Assembly (NCBI GenBank): GCA_017471365.1
Contig: JAFUUC010000003.1
Location: forward strand, 1-57,389
Length of the DNA stretch: 57,389 nucleotides
Direction of reading: 5' to 3'
Source: a bacterium
GTDB lineage: Bacteria > Cyanobacteriota > Vampirovibrionia > Gastranaerophilales > Gastranaerophilaceae
Below are positions 33,602 through 43,855 of this stretch, piece by piece. Positions within the stretch are counted from its first letter, which is position 1; each line of letters opens with the position of its first letter. Below the pieces are notes generated by a model. It was given only the letters and a program-made list of their open reading frames with translations. It was not told the origin of the DNA and ran no database searches. A program made the position numbers and the translations under genes.

Positions 33602-34454
33602 CTTTTACCCCCTGTTTTAATAAATTACAACTCTCGTCGCGTTTACGTTCTTGGTCTTTATAAATTTTAGTCCTATTTATAACTTCATCAAAATCTATTT
33701 TATGAGCATCAAAGTCAGGACCGTCTACGCAAGCGAACTTGGTTTCACCGCCAACAGTAACCCTGCATGCACCGCACATTCCTGTTCCGTCGACCATTAT
33801 AGGATTCATACTAGCTTCGGTGTAAATTCCCTTATCCCTGGTAAGCTCCGCAACTGCCCTCATCATTGGCATAGGACCAACCGCAATCACATAATCGACT
33901 TTTTCGCGTTCAATAATATCTTTCAAAACAGTCGTTCCAAAACCCTTGATACCATAAGAACCGTCATCAGTTGTTAAATAAAGTTCGGTGCAAGCTTCAC
34001 GCATTTTATCTTCCCAAAATAAAAGCTCTTTAGTCCTCGCTCCGGCAATCATATAAACCTTATTTCCGGCTTCTTTCAATGCTCTTGAAATCAAATAACA
34101 AGGTGCTGCACCGTATCCTCCGGCAACGCAAACTGCTGTACCATAATTTTTTATATGTGTCGGCTTGCCCAAAGGACCAACAAGATCAACAAGTTCATCA
34201 CCCTTATTAAGCAATGCAAGCTTTTTTGTCGTATACCCAACCGCCATAAAAACAATCGTTAAAAGTCCTTTTTCTTTATCTACATCTGCAATAGTCAAAG
34301 GAACACGTTCACCCTCGTCTTCAACACGAAAAATTATAAACTGCCCGGCTTTAGCATTTCTGACCACAAACGGAGCCTCAATAACCAATTCGTACTGGTT
34401 CGGACAAATCTCCCTCTTTGAAATAATTTTATAACCCATAGAATAAGTATACAC
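33591..34454 (-). CDS. PyrK/NfnA/SudB-like FAD/NAD(P)-binding oxidoreductase subunit with a C-terminal [2Fe-2S] motif
   Basis: 287 aa. RVPLTIAD is an FAD-binding-type motif, GGYGAAP a nucleotide-binding motif, and the C-terminus is DGTGMCGACRV...FACVDGP. Confidence 0.75.
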   Translation of the reverse strand: MYTYSMGYKIISKREICPNQYELVIEAPFVVRNAKAGQFIIFRVEDEGERVPLTIADVDKEKGLLTIVFMAVGYTTKKLALLNKGDELVDLVGPLGKPTHIKNYGTAVCVAGGYGAAPCYLISRALKEAGNKVYMIAGARTKELLFWEDKMREACTELYLTTDDGSYGIKGFGTTVLKDIIEREKVDYVIAVGPMPMMRAVAELTRDKGIYTEASMNPIMVDGTGMCGACRVTVGGETKFACVDGPDFDAHKIDFDEVINRTKIYKDQERKRDESCNLLKQGVKDEK

Positions 34455-34492
34455 TAAATATCTGTTTTTGAAAAGAAGCTAAATAAATAAAA

Positions 34493-34520
34493 GATCGGAT
34501 ATTTTTAACTATCCGACCTC
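34493..34520 (-). terminator. weak hairpin terminator
   Basis: TCGGATA-8 nt-TATCCGA with a T-rich tail on the minus strand. Confidence 0.35.
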
Positions 34521-34534
34521 TTATTTGTAAACGA

Positions 34535-35185
34535 TTAATAGTTTCTAAAATAATGTTCAATTACATCTGCCGTAAGCAATAATAAAACTTTTTTCACATC
34601 ATCATCGACTTCACCTTCGATTTGAATACCCTTACGACCTTCCATTTCAGTGTACTTTAAATCTACCTCTTTTCCGTCGATTGTTCCTTTTATATTGCCA
34701 TGGCTAGCAGTAAATGCTCCAGGTCTTATTTTTAGATCAACATCTTTATTTGCGATAGTACCTTCAAATTTTGTACCGCCGGTAAAAGGTCTGCGGACAT
34801 TTAAATGCATGCCGTTTTCTTCGTTATCCATTGTATATCTTCCGGTCCACATTGACGGTCTGCTGTATTCAATATCGCGTGAAAAATTTAACGCTTCTTT
34901 ATAAGTCATTTGGTTAGGATCATTTTTCCCGGCAAAACTAACTGTATCCTGCTGCGGAGTGCGTTCAAGTGCTTGTGCTCCAAGTGGTTCCACATTCTGA
35001 AGCAATTCATTTTGCATAAAATCATTTAACGGCATTTGGCGAATACCATTTTTATCACCTTGAATAGTCACAACTCCATTGTTCTTCGTTGCAATACAAG
35101 ATTCTCCATCTTTTGTCACATAACGAAGAGTCTTAAACGGTTGTACTGGTTTCCCCGCTATATCTGTCACTGAACCTGCTACCAT
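34535..35185 (-). CDS. hypothetical protein with an internal duplicated motif (GTI..K.VDLK)
   Basis: 216-aa ORF with an AAAGGAA RBS. I recognise no family. Confidence 0.55.
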   Translation of the reverse strand: MVAGSVTDIAGKPVQPFKTLRYVTKDGESCIATKNNGVVTIQGDKNGIRQMPLNDFMQNELLQNVEPLGAQALERTPQQDTVSFAGKNDPNQMTYKEALNFSRDIEYSRPSMWTGRYTMDNEENGMHLNVRRPFTGGTKFEGTIANKDVDLKIRPGAFTASHGNIKGTIDGKEVDLKYTEMEGRKGIQIEGEVDDDVKKVLLLLTADVIEHYFRNY

Positions 35186-35272
35186 AATACACTATTCCTT
35201 TCTTTAATTTACGTAACCCTACTACATACATAAATTAAAACGCGATTAGAAAAAAAATTGCCAGGCAACCCC

Positions 35273-35307
35273 ATATCAAATCATATCTTATCATATCATA
35301 TCATATC
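35273..35307. repeat. pentanucleotide microsatellite (ATATC)n, 7 units of which 5 are perfect
   Basis: The run ATATC AAATC ATATC TTATC ATATC ATATC ATATC lies in the 5' region of CDS 34535..35185. Confidence 0.85.
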
Positions 35308-35383
35308 AGATGATATCTTAAAGCAGAGTATACAAGGTGTTCAGTTTATGTAAATTAAAATTTACATTTTGTAATATTTGGTT

Positions 35384-35418
35384 CAAAAAAAAAATAGTCC
35401 CTGATTAATCAGAGACTA
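35384..35418 (-). terminator. intrinsic terminator after the flotillin gene
   Basis: TAGTCCCTGAT/ATCAGAGACTA hairpin, followed on the minus strand by T10. Confidence 0.7.
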
Positions 35419-35443
35419 TTAAAAAAAATCTTAATTATAGCAA

Positions 35444-36841
35444 CTATTTTTCTTCCGATTTAACTTCCTCAACACCGGAATCAACTTTTCCCAGTACCTG
35501 CGGAAGTTCAATTCCTGCCTGATTTGCTAAATCGTGCATTGCCGGCAAAGATTTGATCAAGTCTTTCATAAAATTAGCCGTCGTTGAGCCGTTAGCAGAA
35601 CCTGCCCCGCCGTCCCATACGGTAATTTTGTCAAACTTGATATTTTTAATAGCATCAACCTGTTTTGCAACAATATCTTGAATTTTTTCAATCATCAAAA
35701 AGCTTGTAGCGATTTCAGGTCTGTTATTTGAAATCTTAACCAAATCAGCATAACCTTTGGCTTTAGCTTCCAAAACGGCTTTGATACCTTCTGCTTCGGC
35801 AAAGTATTTTGCCTTGATAGCATCAGCTTGACCGGCTGCAACACGTCTTAATTTTTCAGCTTCGGCATCAGCTTCAACTTGTATTCTGAGTTTTTCAACT
35901 TCCTGTCTTGCAAGTTCTTCTTTCTTTAATTTTGCTTCTTCCTGTTCTTTTTGTGCAAGAAGTACATCTCTTTGAGCATTTGCTTTAGCAACTTCACCTT
36001 CTTTGAAGGCACTTGCTTGTTTTACGGCTAAAGTTGCATTATATTCAGCAATATTAGCTTTTGCAATGTTTTCACCTTCTACCGCCTGAGCTTCTAAATC
36101 AGCCGTTTTAATACGCTGTTCTTTATCTGCATTAGTTCTACCGATTTGAGTTTGTGCAGTCTGCTCTGCCACTTGAACTTCTTTTTCTTTATTAGCGGTA
36201 GCTTCACCAACGGCACCAAGTTTCTCTTGTTCAGCAACTTCGACTTTTGCTTTGTTAATTGCTTCTGCTGCCGCTTTTTTACCAATAGCATCGATATAAC
36301 CTGACTCATCAGTAATATCTTTGATGTTCACGTTGATAATTTCAAGACCAATTTTTTTCAACTCAGTGTTAACGTTTGCGTTAATCTGTTCCAAAAACTT
36401 TTCTCTATCCTGGTTAATTTCTTCGATAGACAAAGTAGCAATCGCAAGACGTAATTGACCCAAGATTATATCGCTAGCCTGAGCAATAACATCTGCTCTC
36501 GACAAGCCTAAAAGACGTTCCGCAGCGTTAATCATAATACTTGGTTCCGTGGAAATACCAAAAGTAAATGTAGACGGAACCGCAACACGAATATTACCTT
36601 TAGACAAAGCACCCTTAAGATCTATATCCGTTGTCATAGGTTCAAGTGAAAGCACTCCGTAATCCTGAATTAACGGGATAATAAATGTACCGCCGCCATG
36701 AACACACTTTGCGGTTTTTTCACCGCCCGTTTTACCGTAAACTACAATAATTTTGTTTGACGGACATCTTTTGTACTGATTTGCTACAAATGCAAAAACA
36801 GCGAATAATACAAGAGCCGCAGCAATAAGTAATCCAAACAT
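35444..36841 (-). CDS. flotillin (SPFH/Band 7 family, FloT/YuaG-like)
   Basis: 465 aa with an N-terminal TM, an SPFH domain and a long A/E/K-rich coiled coil. Confidence 0.85.
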   Translation of the reverse strand: MFGLLIAAALVLFAVFAFVANQYKRCPSNKIIVVYGKTGGEKTAKCVHGGGTFIIPLIQDYGVLSLEPMTTDIDLKGALSKGNIRVAVPSTFTFGISTEPSIMINAAERLLGLSRADVIAQASDIILGQLRLAIATLSIEEINQDREKFLEQINANVNTELKKIGLEIINVNIKDITDESGYIDAIGKKAAAEAINKAKVEVAEQEKLGAVGEATANKEKEVQVAEQTAQTQIGRTNADKEQRIKTADLEAQAVEGENIAKANIAEYNATLAVKQASAFKEGEVAKANAQRDVLLAQKEQEEAKLKKEELARQEVEKLRIQVEADAEAEKLRRVAAGQADAIKAKYFAEAEGIKAVLEAKAKGYADLVKISNNRPEIATSFLMIEKIQDIVAKQVDAIKNIKFDKITVWDGGAGSANGSTTANFMKDLIKSLPAMHDLANQAGIELPQVLGKVDSGVEEVKSEEK

Positions 36842-36845
36842 TCTT

Positions 36846-37403
36846 TTACCCTTTCTTTCTTATATGTAATACTTCATTTTCTACTTTTATAACTTCAATC
36901 AAATCAAATGCCGCAATTGTACAATCTTGAGTATTAACAGCATTTGCAACAGTTAATTGACCATTAATTTCAATCTCAACCTGACCGCTTCCGTTCGGTT
37001 CAAAGTTCGTATACGACTTACCGGTGTGACCGATCGCTGTCTTTTTATCTTTTTTAACATTTTTTTCAAGCTTTTTAACGCTAAACATTAAATATGCACT
37101 GCCAAACATAAAAATTAAGCCAACAAAAAATGCACAAACAAGTGTTAAAATCTGACTTATAGCAAGTTGTCTTAAACCGGCATAACCCATCCAACCAAAG
37201 CCCATAAAAAAGGCCAAAACAGACTGCAACGACAAAAAATCAAATGATGTTTCGGTTTCGAATTCCGTATTAAAATCTGTCGTAACCTCTGTATCACCAC
37301 CAATAAACATAAAAATTATCAACTTTATGATAAAAAGTATAGTGGCAAAACACGCAACATAGTAATAAATTTGCCAAACACTGTTTAAAAATTCAGGTGT
37401 CAT
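36846..37403 (-). CDS. NfeD-like membrane protein (YuaF-like)
   Basis: Several N-terminal TM helices and a C-terminal OB-like segment (GSGQVEIEINGQLTVANAV). It lies immediately upstream of the flotillin gene. Confidence 0.7.
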   Translation of the reverse strand: MTPEFLNSVWQIYYYVACFATILFIIKLIIFMFIGGDTEVTTDFNTEFETETSFDFLSLQSVLAFFMGFGWMGYAGLRQLAISQILTLVCAFFVGLIFMFGSAYLMFSVKKLEKNVKKDKKTAIGHTGKSYTNFEPNGSGQVEIEINGQLTVANAVNTQDCTIAAFDLIEVIKVENEVLHIRKKG

Positions 37404-37406
37404 ATC

Positions 37407-39602
37407 CTAATTCTCCTTTCTCTTAGACTTCTTTGCAGATTTGATCGGCGGTTTTGAACCAGAAACAGAAGATGTTTGTATACGTTTAACACTAAATACA
37501 TCAGGTAAAGACTGGATACAAGCAACAACCTTCTTGAAGGTATCAATATTATCTAGTTCCAACCCGATCTCTATAATTCCGACGTGATTTTTAATCTTGA
37601 TATTCGCACTAACAATATTTGTATTGTTATCAGAAATAGCCGATATTACATCTTTCAAAAGCCCAAGTTTTTCAGCTGTTTCAATTCTTATTGTTGTTCT
37701 ATAAGTTTTATTTGTATTAGCCCCGGTCCAGCGAATATCCATAAGCCTTTCTGCCGGAATAGTGTTCAAAGTATTACAATCAACTCTGTGAACCGTAACC
37801 CCTTTAGTCCTTGTCACAACACCAACAATAGGCTCACCAGGTATGGGAGAACAACACTTTGCAAAAGAATACAGCATCCCTTCAAGCCCGATAATATCTT
37901 TATTAGAAGCTTTACCGGAATGATGGTGAAATGTATCTTCTATAGATTTTGTTTCCGGTTTCTTGAGTTTATTAATTACCTTATTAGCGGTAGTTTCGCC
38001 ATAACCTATAGCCGCAAAAAGATCATCCGCACCCTGATAATTCATTGTCTTTGCAACATTATCAAATTCACCATTTTTAACATATTCATCAAAAATAGCT
38101 TTTGTAAGCTCGTGTTCAAGATTAGTTTTACCGATATTAATATGTTCTTCTCTATTATTCTTCTTAAACCATTGCTTGATCTTTGAAGCTGCCTGTTTTG
38201 TAACAACAAAAGTCAGCCAATCTAAACGCGGAGCGGGAGTTTTTGAAGTCAAAACTTCAACAATATCTCCGTTATTAATTTTTGTATTGAGTGGCACAAT
38301 CCTACCGTTAATCAAGGCACCAACCGTTCTATGCCCAACATCAGAATGGATTCTATAAGCAAAATCCACAGGCGTTGCATCTTTAGGAAAATCCAAAACG
38401 TCGCCACCAGGAGAAAATGCAAAAACTTGGTCTGAGAATAAATCAAGTTTTACGCTACTAACATAATCCTTGGCATTTTTCATATCCTTATCGTATTCAA
38501 CGAGCTTGTGAAGCCAAGAAAATTGCATATCTGTTGTATTATCAGCTTTTTGAGAACCTTTTTCTTTGTAACGCCAGTGAGCAGCAATACCATATTCGGC
38601 AATCTGATGCATTTGTTTTGTTCTTATTTGAACTTCCAAAGGTTTGGATCTCGGACCAATTACAGAGGTATGAAGCGATTGATACATATTACCTTTCGGC
38701 ATAGCAATATAATCTTTAAACCTGCCCGGAATAGGTTTAAACTGGGAATGTATGATACCTAAGACTTCATAACACTCTTTAACAGTATCAACAATTACCC
38801 TGACCGCCGTAACATCATACAGCTCATTAAACGAAATGTTTTGCCGCTTCATTTTTGCATAAATACTGTAATAATGCTTCGCCCTTCCGGTAATTTGGGC
38901 TTTCATACCATTTTTTTCGACATCGTGAGAAATTTTTTCTATTAAGGCATTGACTGTTTCCTCTCGATCAGCTTTTGTTTGAGCGACAAGTTGTGCTATT
39001 TCAAAATACTTATCAGGATCAAGATATTTTAATGACAAATCCTCAAGTTCAGCTTTGATTTTGTATATACCAAGTCGATTTGCCAAAGGAGCAAAAATAT
39101 CGAGTGTTTCGCGGGCAATTTTTTTCTGTTTTTCAGCAGACATAAAATTTAAAGTCCGCATGTTGTGAAGACGATCCGCAAGTTTTAGAAATATTACTCT
39201 GATGTCGTTTGCCATAGCAATAAAAAGCCGTCTAAAATTTTCTGCTTGACGTTCTTCTTTAGACTTAAATTTTAATTTACCTAATTTAGTAACCCCTTGT
39301 ACTAAATTTAGAACATCTTTTCCAAATAATTCTTCAATAGTTTCAGGTTTTGTATCGGTATCTTCCAGCACATCATGCAAAAATGCCGCCATAAGGGTGT
39401 GAATATCTACATCAAGTGCTGCCAAAATCTTTGCAACTTCAACCGGGTGTATAATATAAGGTTCACCTGAAATACGGAATTGACCATCATGAGTTTGTTT
39501 TGCAAATTTATATGCTTTTTCGACCAGTTCAATATTTTCTTTAGGGTATTTTTTTGACAGCAAAAGCTCTTTAAGCTCTTTAAAAGATTCTATGTCCGAC
39601 AT
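37407..39602 (-). CDS. bifunctional (p)ppGpp synthetase/hydrolase (RelA/SpoT homologue)
   Basis: HD hydrolase motifs (HPVEVAKILA, FLHDVLEDT), a synthetase domain (AKHYYSIYAKM) and TGS- and ACT-like C-terminal domains. Confidence 0.95.
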   Translation of the reverse strand: MSDIESFKELKELLLSKKYPKENIELVEKAYKFAKQTHDGQFRISGEPYIIHPVEVAKILAALDVDIHTLMAAFLHDVLEDTDTKPETIEELFGKDVLNLVQGVTKLGKLKFKSKEERQAENFRRLFIAMANDIRVIFLKLADRLHNMRTLNFMSAEKQKKIARETLDIFAPLANRLGIYKIKAELEDLSLKYLDPDKYFEIAQLVAQTKADREETVNALIEKISHDVEKNGMKAQITGRAKHYYSIYAKMKRQNISFNELYDVTAVRVIVDTVKECYEVLGIIHSQFKPIPGRFKDYIAMPKGNMYQSLHTSVIGPRSKPLEVQIRTKQMHQIAEYGIAAHWRYKEKGSQKADNTTDMQFSWLHKLVEYDKDMKNAKDYVSSVKLDLFSDQVFAFSPGGDVLDFPKDATPVDFAYRIHSDVGHRTVGALINGRIVPLNTKINNGDIVEVLTSKTPAPRLDWLTFVVTKQAASKIKQWFKKNNREEHINIGKTNLEHELTKAIFDEYVKNGEFDNVAKTMNYQGADDLFAAIGYGETTANKVINKLKKPETKSIEDTFHHHSGKASNKDIIGLEGMLYSFAKCCSPIPGEPIVGVVTRTKGVTVHRVDCNTLNTIPAERLMDIRWTGANTNKTYRTTIRIETAEKLGLLKDVISAISDNNTNIVSANIKIKNHVGIIEIGLELDNIDTFKKVVACIQSLPDVFSVKRIQTSSVSGSKPPIKSAKKSKRKEN

Positions 39603-39703
39603 AACAGGAATATGATATATATTAGACTTGTGATTTTCAAGAAAAGTTTTAAAATTTCATATAAAAAGATTAGTTTGTCATAATATTATGTTAAAATAAC
39701 TCT

Positions 39704-39985
39704 ATGATCAAAGAAACAAAAGACGGAGTCATTGTAAATATCAAAATTTCACCAAATGCGAAAAAAAATGAAATTATAAAATCTTCTTCCGAAACAAAAA
39801 TTAAAATAACCGCTCAGCCAATCGACGGTAAAGCAAACAAAGCCATCGTAGAATTTTTATCAAAAGAATTTAAAATTCCAAAAACATCCATTGTCATTTT
39901 AAAAGGCGAAACTTCAAAAGAAAAAACAATCTTATTTAAAACCTCCGACAATGAAAAAATAGAAAAAATTAATAAAACTTTATAA
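39704..39985 (+). CDS. DUF167 (YggU) family protein
   Basis: ISPNAKKNEI...AQPIDGKANKAIVEFLSKEFKIPKTSIVILKGETSKEKTI. Confidence 0.8.
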   Translation: MIKETKDGVIVNIKISPNAKKNEIIKSSSETKIKITAQPIDGKANKAIVEFLSKEFKIPKTSIVILKGETSKEKTILFKTSDNEKIEKINKTL

Positions 39986-40037
39986 ATAGTAAAAATTTAA
40001 AATCTTTAAAACTTAATATACTTAGAAAGGTTCGTGT

Positions 40038-40406
40038 ATGAACATTGCGAAATTTAACCCCATAGGTTACGAATCAAAAACAGATAAGGGCAATACATAC
40101 AAAAAATCTAATTTGTTCAAATCTCTGGCAATTGTAGAAGCTGGCACTGCAATGACCGCACCAAAACTTATCAAAAATGAAAGAGCTTTGCAAATAATTC
40201 AAATGTTTCTTCCAAACCCAAAATTAATTGTTGAACAACTTGAACTTATGTTTGGAGAAAAACTACCAACTAAATATAAATCTGTGCTTATCCCTGCGAT
40301 GTGGATTTTTGATATAGGTGGAACAATTTTAGGTGGATTATTTGTAGATAGCAGAATAAATAAAAAACGAGCAAAAAAAGCTGATGAATTAAATACACAA
40401 GCTTAA
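40038..40406 (+). CDS. hypothetical membrane protein (C-terminal TM followed by a basic tail)
   Basis: 122-aa ORF with an AAAGG RBS. Confidence 0.5.
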   Translation: MNIAKFNPIGYESKTDKGNTYKKSNLFKSLAIVEAGTAMTAPKLIKNERALQIIQMFLPNPKLIVEQLELMFGEKLPTKYKSVLIPAMWIFDIGGTILGGLFVDSRINKKRAKKADELNTQA

Positions 40407-40607
40407 TTTTACAAATCCTAAAAATATACTATACAAATTACAAAATATATGATACTATGTTCTCAGATGTAGTATAAATTTTTTTAGGAAATATATGCAA
40501 TAAAATTTATTTAAATTAAAAACTAAATAAACGCTCGGGTAGGATATATGTACCTGAGATTGCGTATATTATATAAAAAAATAGAAAAGGATAAGGTAGT
40601 AAACTTT

Positions 40608-42137
40608 ATGGAAGCACAAACCTTGTTATTGGTTATTGCGGCTATTGCGGTGATAGTTTTGGCTGCAATGCTTGTTGTTCAAAAGAACAAAGTAAAAAGT
40701 GCTATGGAATCTGTTGAAAAAGATAGATTAGCACTTGACGAAAAAGAAAAAATTCTCTACAAAGAAGCCAAAATTCGGGCAGTAGAGGAATTACAAAACG
40801 ACAGAGAAGCATTAAATGAAGAAGAAAGAGAACGCAGACAAGAACTTTCGAGACAAGAACAAAAACTAGCAAAAAGAGAAGATGCTCTTGAAGATAAAAT
40901 TCAAGAATACACTGAAAAAGATCTTCAAGTTCAACGCAAGCGGGATGAACTTTTAGAAAAAGAGGATTATCTAGCCGAACTGGTTCAAAAACAAACAGAA
41001 GAACTTGAGAAAATTTCAGGCATGACAAGTGAGGAAGCTAAAAATACACTTCTTGAACAATTGAAAAATGATTTGGCTCAAGAACAAATGCAACTCATAA
41101 GAGAAAATGAAGCTAAAATTAAAGAAACATCTTTAGAAAAAGCAAAAGAAATCCTTTCTACCACGATGCAAAGATGCATGATTGAACAAGTTGTTGAAAC
41201 AACAGTTTCAGTTGTGGCACTTCCTAATGATGAAATGAAAGGTCGCATTATAGGTCGTGAAGGGAGAAACATTCGAGCATTGGAAACTCTTACCGGTGTT
41301 GATCTAATCATTGATGATACTCCGGAAGCTGTTGTATTATCAAGCTTTGATCCGGTGAGACGTGAAATTGCAAAAGTTGCACTCGAAAAACTCATTGTTG
41401 ACGGGCGTATCCACCCTGTACGTATAGAAGAAGTTGTTTCAAAAGCTCAAGAAGAAATCGATAAAAAAATCCGTACCGAAGGGGAAAATGCAGCTCTAGA
41501 AATGGGTGTTATGGGCTTAAACAAAGAATTAATCAAAGCGTTAGGTCGATTGTACTACAGAACAAGTTACGGACAGAATGTTTTGAAACATTCACTTGAA
41601 GTTGGTCATATAGCTGGTATGCTTGCAGCCGAACTTGGTGCAAATGAAAAAATAGCTAAACGAGCAGGACTTTTACACGACATAGGCAAAGCAGTTGACC
41701 AAACTCAAGAAGGTACACACATACAATTAGGTGTTGAACTTGCATCAAGATATGGTGAAAAACCTGAAGTAATCCACGCAATAGAAGCCCACCATGATGA
41801 TGTTGTAGCAAACACTATAGAAGCAGTTCTTGTTAAGGTTGCTGATGCGATATCAGCAGGAAGACCCGGAGCAAGACGTGATACTTTGGAAATTTATATT
41901 AAACGTCTTCAAAAAATTGAAGAAATTGTGAACAGCTACGAAGGCATTAAACAATCTTTTGCAGTACAAGCTGGACGCGAAGTTCGTATTATTGTTCAAG
42001 CAGAAATGTTCGATGATTTGGCTTCGGGCAAACTTGCTCGTGATGTTGCAAAACGAATCGAGGATGAGCTTGATTATCCTGGACAAATTCGAGTAACCGT
42101 AGTAAGAGAATTTAGGGCTACAGAAATTGCAAAATAA
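40608..42137 (+). CDS. rny: ribonuclease Y
   Basis: N-terminal TM, coiled coil, KH domain ([15 protein letters not shown]) and HD domain (LLHDIGKA...AHH). The start is set at the ATG 40608, after AAAGGATAAGG. Confidence 0.9.
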   Translation: MEAQTLLLVIAAIAVIVLAAMLVVQKNKVKSAMESVEKDRLALDEKEKILYKEAKIRAVEELQNDREALNEEERERRQELSRQEQKLAKREDALEDKIQEYTEKDLQVQRKRDELLEKEDYLAELVQKQTEELEKISGMTSEEAKNTLLEQLKNDLAQEQMQLIRENEAKIKETSLEKAKEILSTTMQRCMIEQVVETTVSVVALPNDEMKGRIIGREGRNIRALETLTGVDLIIDDTPEAVVLSSFDPVRREIAKVALEKLIVDGRIHPVRIEEVVSKAQEEIDKKIRTEGENAALEMGVMGLNKELIKALGRLYYRTSYGQNVLKHSLEVGHIAGMLAAELGANEKIAKRAGLLHDIGKAVDQTQEGTHIQLGVELASRYGEKPEVIHAIEAHHDDVVANTIEAVLVKVADAISAGRPGARRDTLEIYIKRLQKIEEIVNSYEGIKQSFAVQAGREVRIIVQAEMFDDLASGKLARDVAKRIEDELDYPGQIRVTVVREFRATEIAK

Positions 42138-42189
42138 CTAGAATTATTGATCCCGAACTCGCTTCGGGATCTAATTTAAGAGTATTAAA

Positions 42190-43008
42190 ATGGAAAATAA
42201 TTCAATAAAAATTTTATTTTTCGGGGATATAGTCGGTAAACCAGGACGTTTTGCCGTAAGGGATTTTTTGGAAAAACATCGTTCTCAGTACGATTTTGTC
42301 ATAGCTAATGTTGAAAATGCTTCACACGGTTTTGGTTTAACCGAAAAAAATTATAATGACTTCATTACCTACGGAATTGATGCTATGACAAGCGGAAACC
42401 ATATTTGGGATAAAAAAGAAATCTCTAACTATATCGACAATGCTCAAAATCTTTTGCGTCCACTAAATTATCCACAAGGAACCAAAGGGCAAGGATGCAG
42501 GATTTTTGAAACAAATGGAATAAAGATTGGAGTTATAAATGTTCTTGGCAGAGTTTTCATGAACATTGTAGATTCACAATGGAAACTGGTTAAGGACGAA
42601 ATTGAACATATAAAAAAAGTTACACCTATAGTGATAATTGATTTTCATGCAGAAGCCACGGCAGAAAAAATCTGTTTTGCGAAATACTGTTCTGAATTTG
42701 GAGTTAGTGCATTTTTTGGTACACACACACATGTTCAGACAGCAGACGAAAGTATTTTAAATGGAATGGCATATATTACAGATGCCGGATTTTGCGGTGC
42801 AAAAGACGGAGTTATTGGGATGGATTATGACACATCTCTTCAAAGATTTTTGACAGGACTACCTGAACGCTATGAAATTGCAAAAGGAGATATGATTCAA
42901 ATTAATGCTGTAGAAGTTAATATTGACAAGCTAACAGGTAAAGCTCTTGATGTAAAAAGGATTTTTGTTAGTAGAAGTAATATAAAGGAAGATGAAAATG
43001 AAAACTGA
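42190..43008 (+). CDS. ymdB: YmdB-like metallophosphoesterase (2',3'-cyclic-nucleotide phosphodiesterase family)
   Basis: ILFFGDIVGKPGR, NVENASHGFG and GNHIWD motifs. It lies downstream of rny, the arrangement I recall from Bacillus. Confidence 0.85.
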   Translation: MENNSIKILFFGDIVGKPGRFAVRDFLEKHRSQYDFVIANVENASHGFGLTEKNYNDFITYGIDAMTSGNHIWDKKEISNYIDNAQNLLRPLNYPQGTKGQGCRIFETNGIKIGVINVLGRVFMNIVDSQWKLVKDEIEHIKKVTPIVIIDFHAEATAEKICFAKYCSEFGVSAFFGTHTHVQTADESILNGMAYITDAGFCGAKDGVIGMDYDTSLQRFLTGLPERYEIAKGDMIQINAVEVNIDKLTGKALDVKRIFVSRSNIKEDENEN

Positions 43009-43855
43009 TTTACATATTCACACATTTTTTTCTGATGGTGTGTTTTCTCCGGAAAAAATTGTGGATACAGCAATTGAAGTTGGATTGGAAGCTATTGCAA
43101 TCACAGATCATGATAATGTATTAGCTTACGATTTTGCGAAAAATTACATTCAAAAGAATAATCTAAAGATAGAGTTAATTAGGGGAATTGAAGTTAATAC
43201 ACTTTATGATAATCATGAAGTTCACATTCTAGGTTATTTTATGGATACAAATAATTCAGATTTTATTGAATTGATAAAAAATCAACAACAAGCGAGAGTA
43301 AAACAAACTAAAGAAATTTTGACTTTACTTAATAAAAAGGAAGGAATAAAAATAAAATTTGAAGACATAAAAAAACTAGTAGCTCCCGGAGGAAGCATCG
43401 GACGTCCTCATATCGCAAGAGCAATAACTAGTGCTGGTGGAACTACTAATGTTATGGAAGCTTATTCGAAATATATTCATATAGATTCACCTGTTTATGT
43501 TCAAAGAAAAACGGTTTCGCCGCATGATGCTGTAGAAATAATATATGATGCAGGCGGAATACCGGTTATTGCACATCCTCATGATCTTGAAAATGTTGCT
43601 GAAGGATTAATCAAAGATCTTATGAGTTATGGTTTAAGAGGAATTGAGGCTTATCACAGAAAGCACTCACCTGCAATGGTGGAATATTTTTCTACAATGG
43701 CAGAAAATTTGGGACTTGTTGTTACCGGAGGATCTGATTTTCACGCTCCAAATACAATGAATGGACAAATAATCTTGGGGAAAAATTTTGTACCGGAGTG
43801 GGTATATGAAAAACTTGTTAATGAGAAAAAACGCATCGATATGGCAACAATATGA
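42992..43855 (+). CDS. PHP-domain phosphoesterase (TrpH/YciV-like)
   Basis: DLHIHTFFSDG...AITDHDNV...AHP...GSDFH. Confidence 0.85.
   Translation: MKMKTDLHIHTFFSDGVFSPEKIVDTAIEVGLEAIAITDHDNVLAYDFAKNYIQKNNLKIELIRGIEVNTLYDNHEVHILGYFMDTNNSDFIELIKNQQQARVKQTKEILTLLNKKEGIKIKFEDIKKLVAPGGSIGRPHIARAITSAGGTTNVMEAYSKYIHIDSPVYVQRKTVSPHDAVEIIYDAGGIPVIAHPHDLENVAEGLIKDLMSYGLRGIEAYHRKHSPAMVEYFSTMAENLGLVVTGGSDFHAPNTMNGQIILGKNFVPEWVYEKLVNEKKRIDMATI

Noticed and set aside
37584-38186. 200-aa plus-strand ORF inside the RelA/SpoT gene; similar long antisense ORFs at 48179..48589, 51357..51824, 21672..22061, 25018..25353, 33651..33977, 34165..34434, 40702..41395 and 55551..55895
   Set aside because: All lie fully within confidently identified genes on the other strand. 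They lack RBSs and have low-complexity or Cys/Phe-rich products typical of shadow ORFs in AT-rich DNA.
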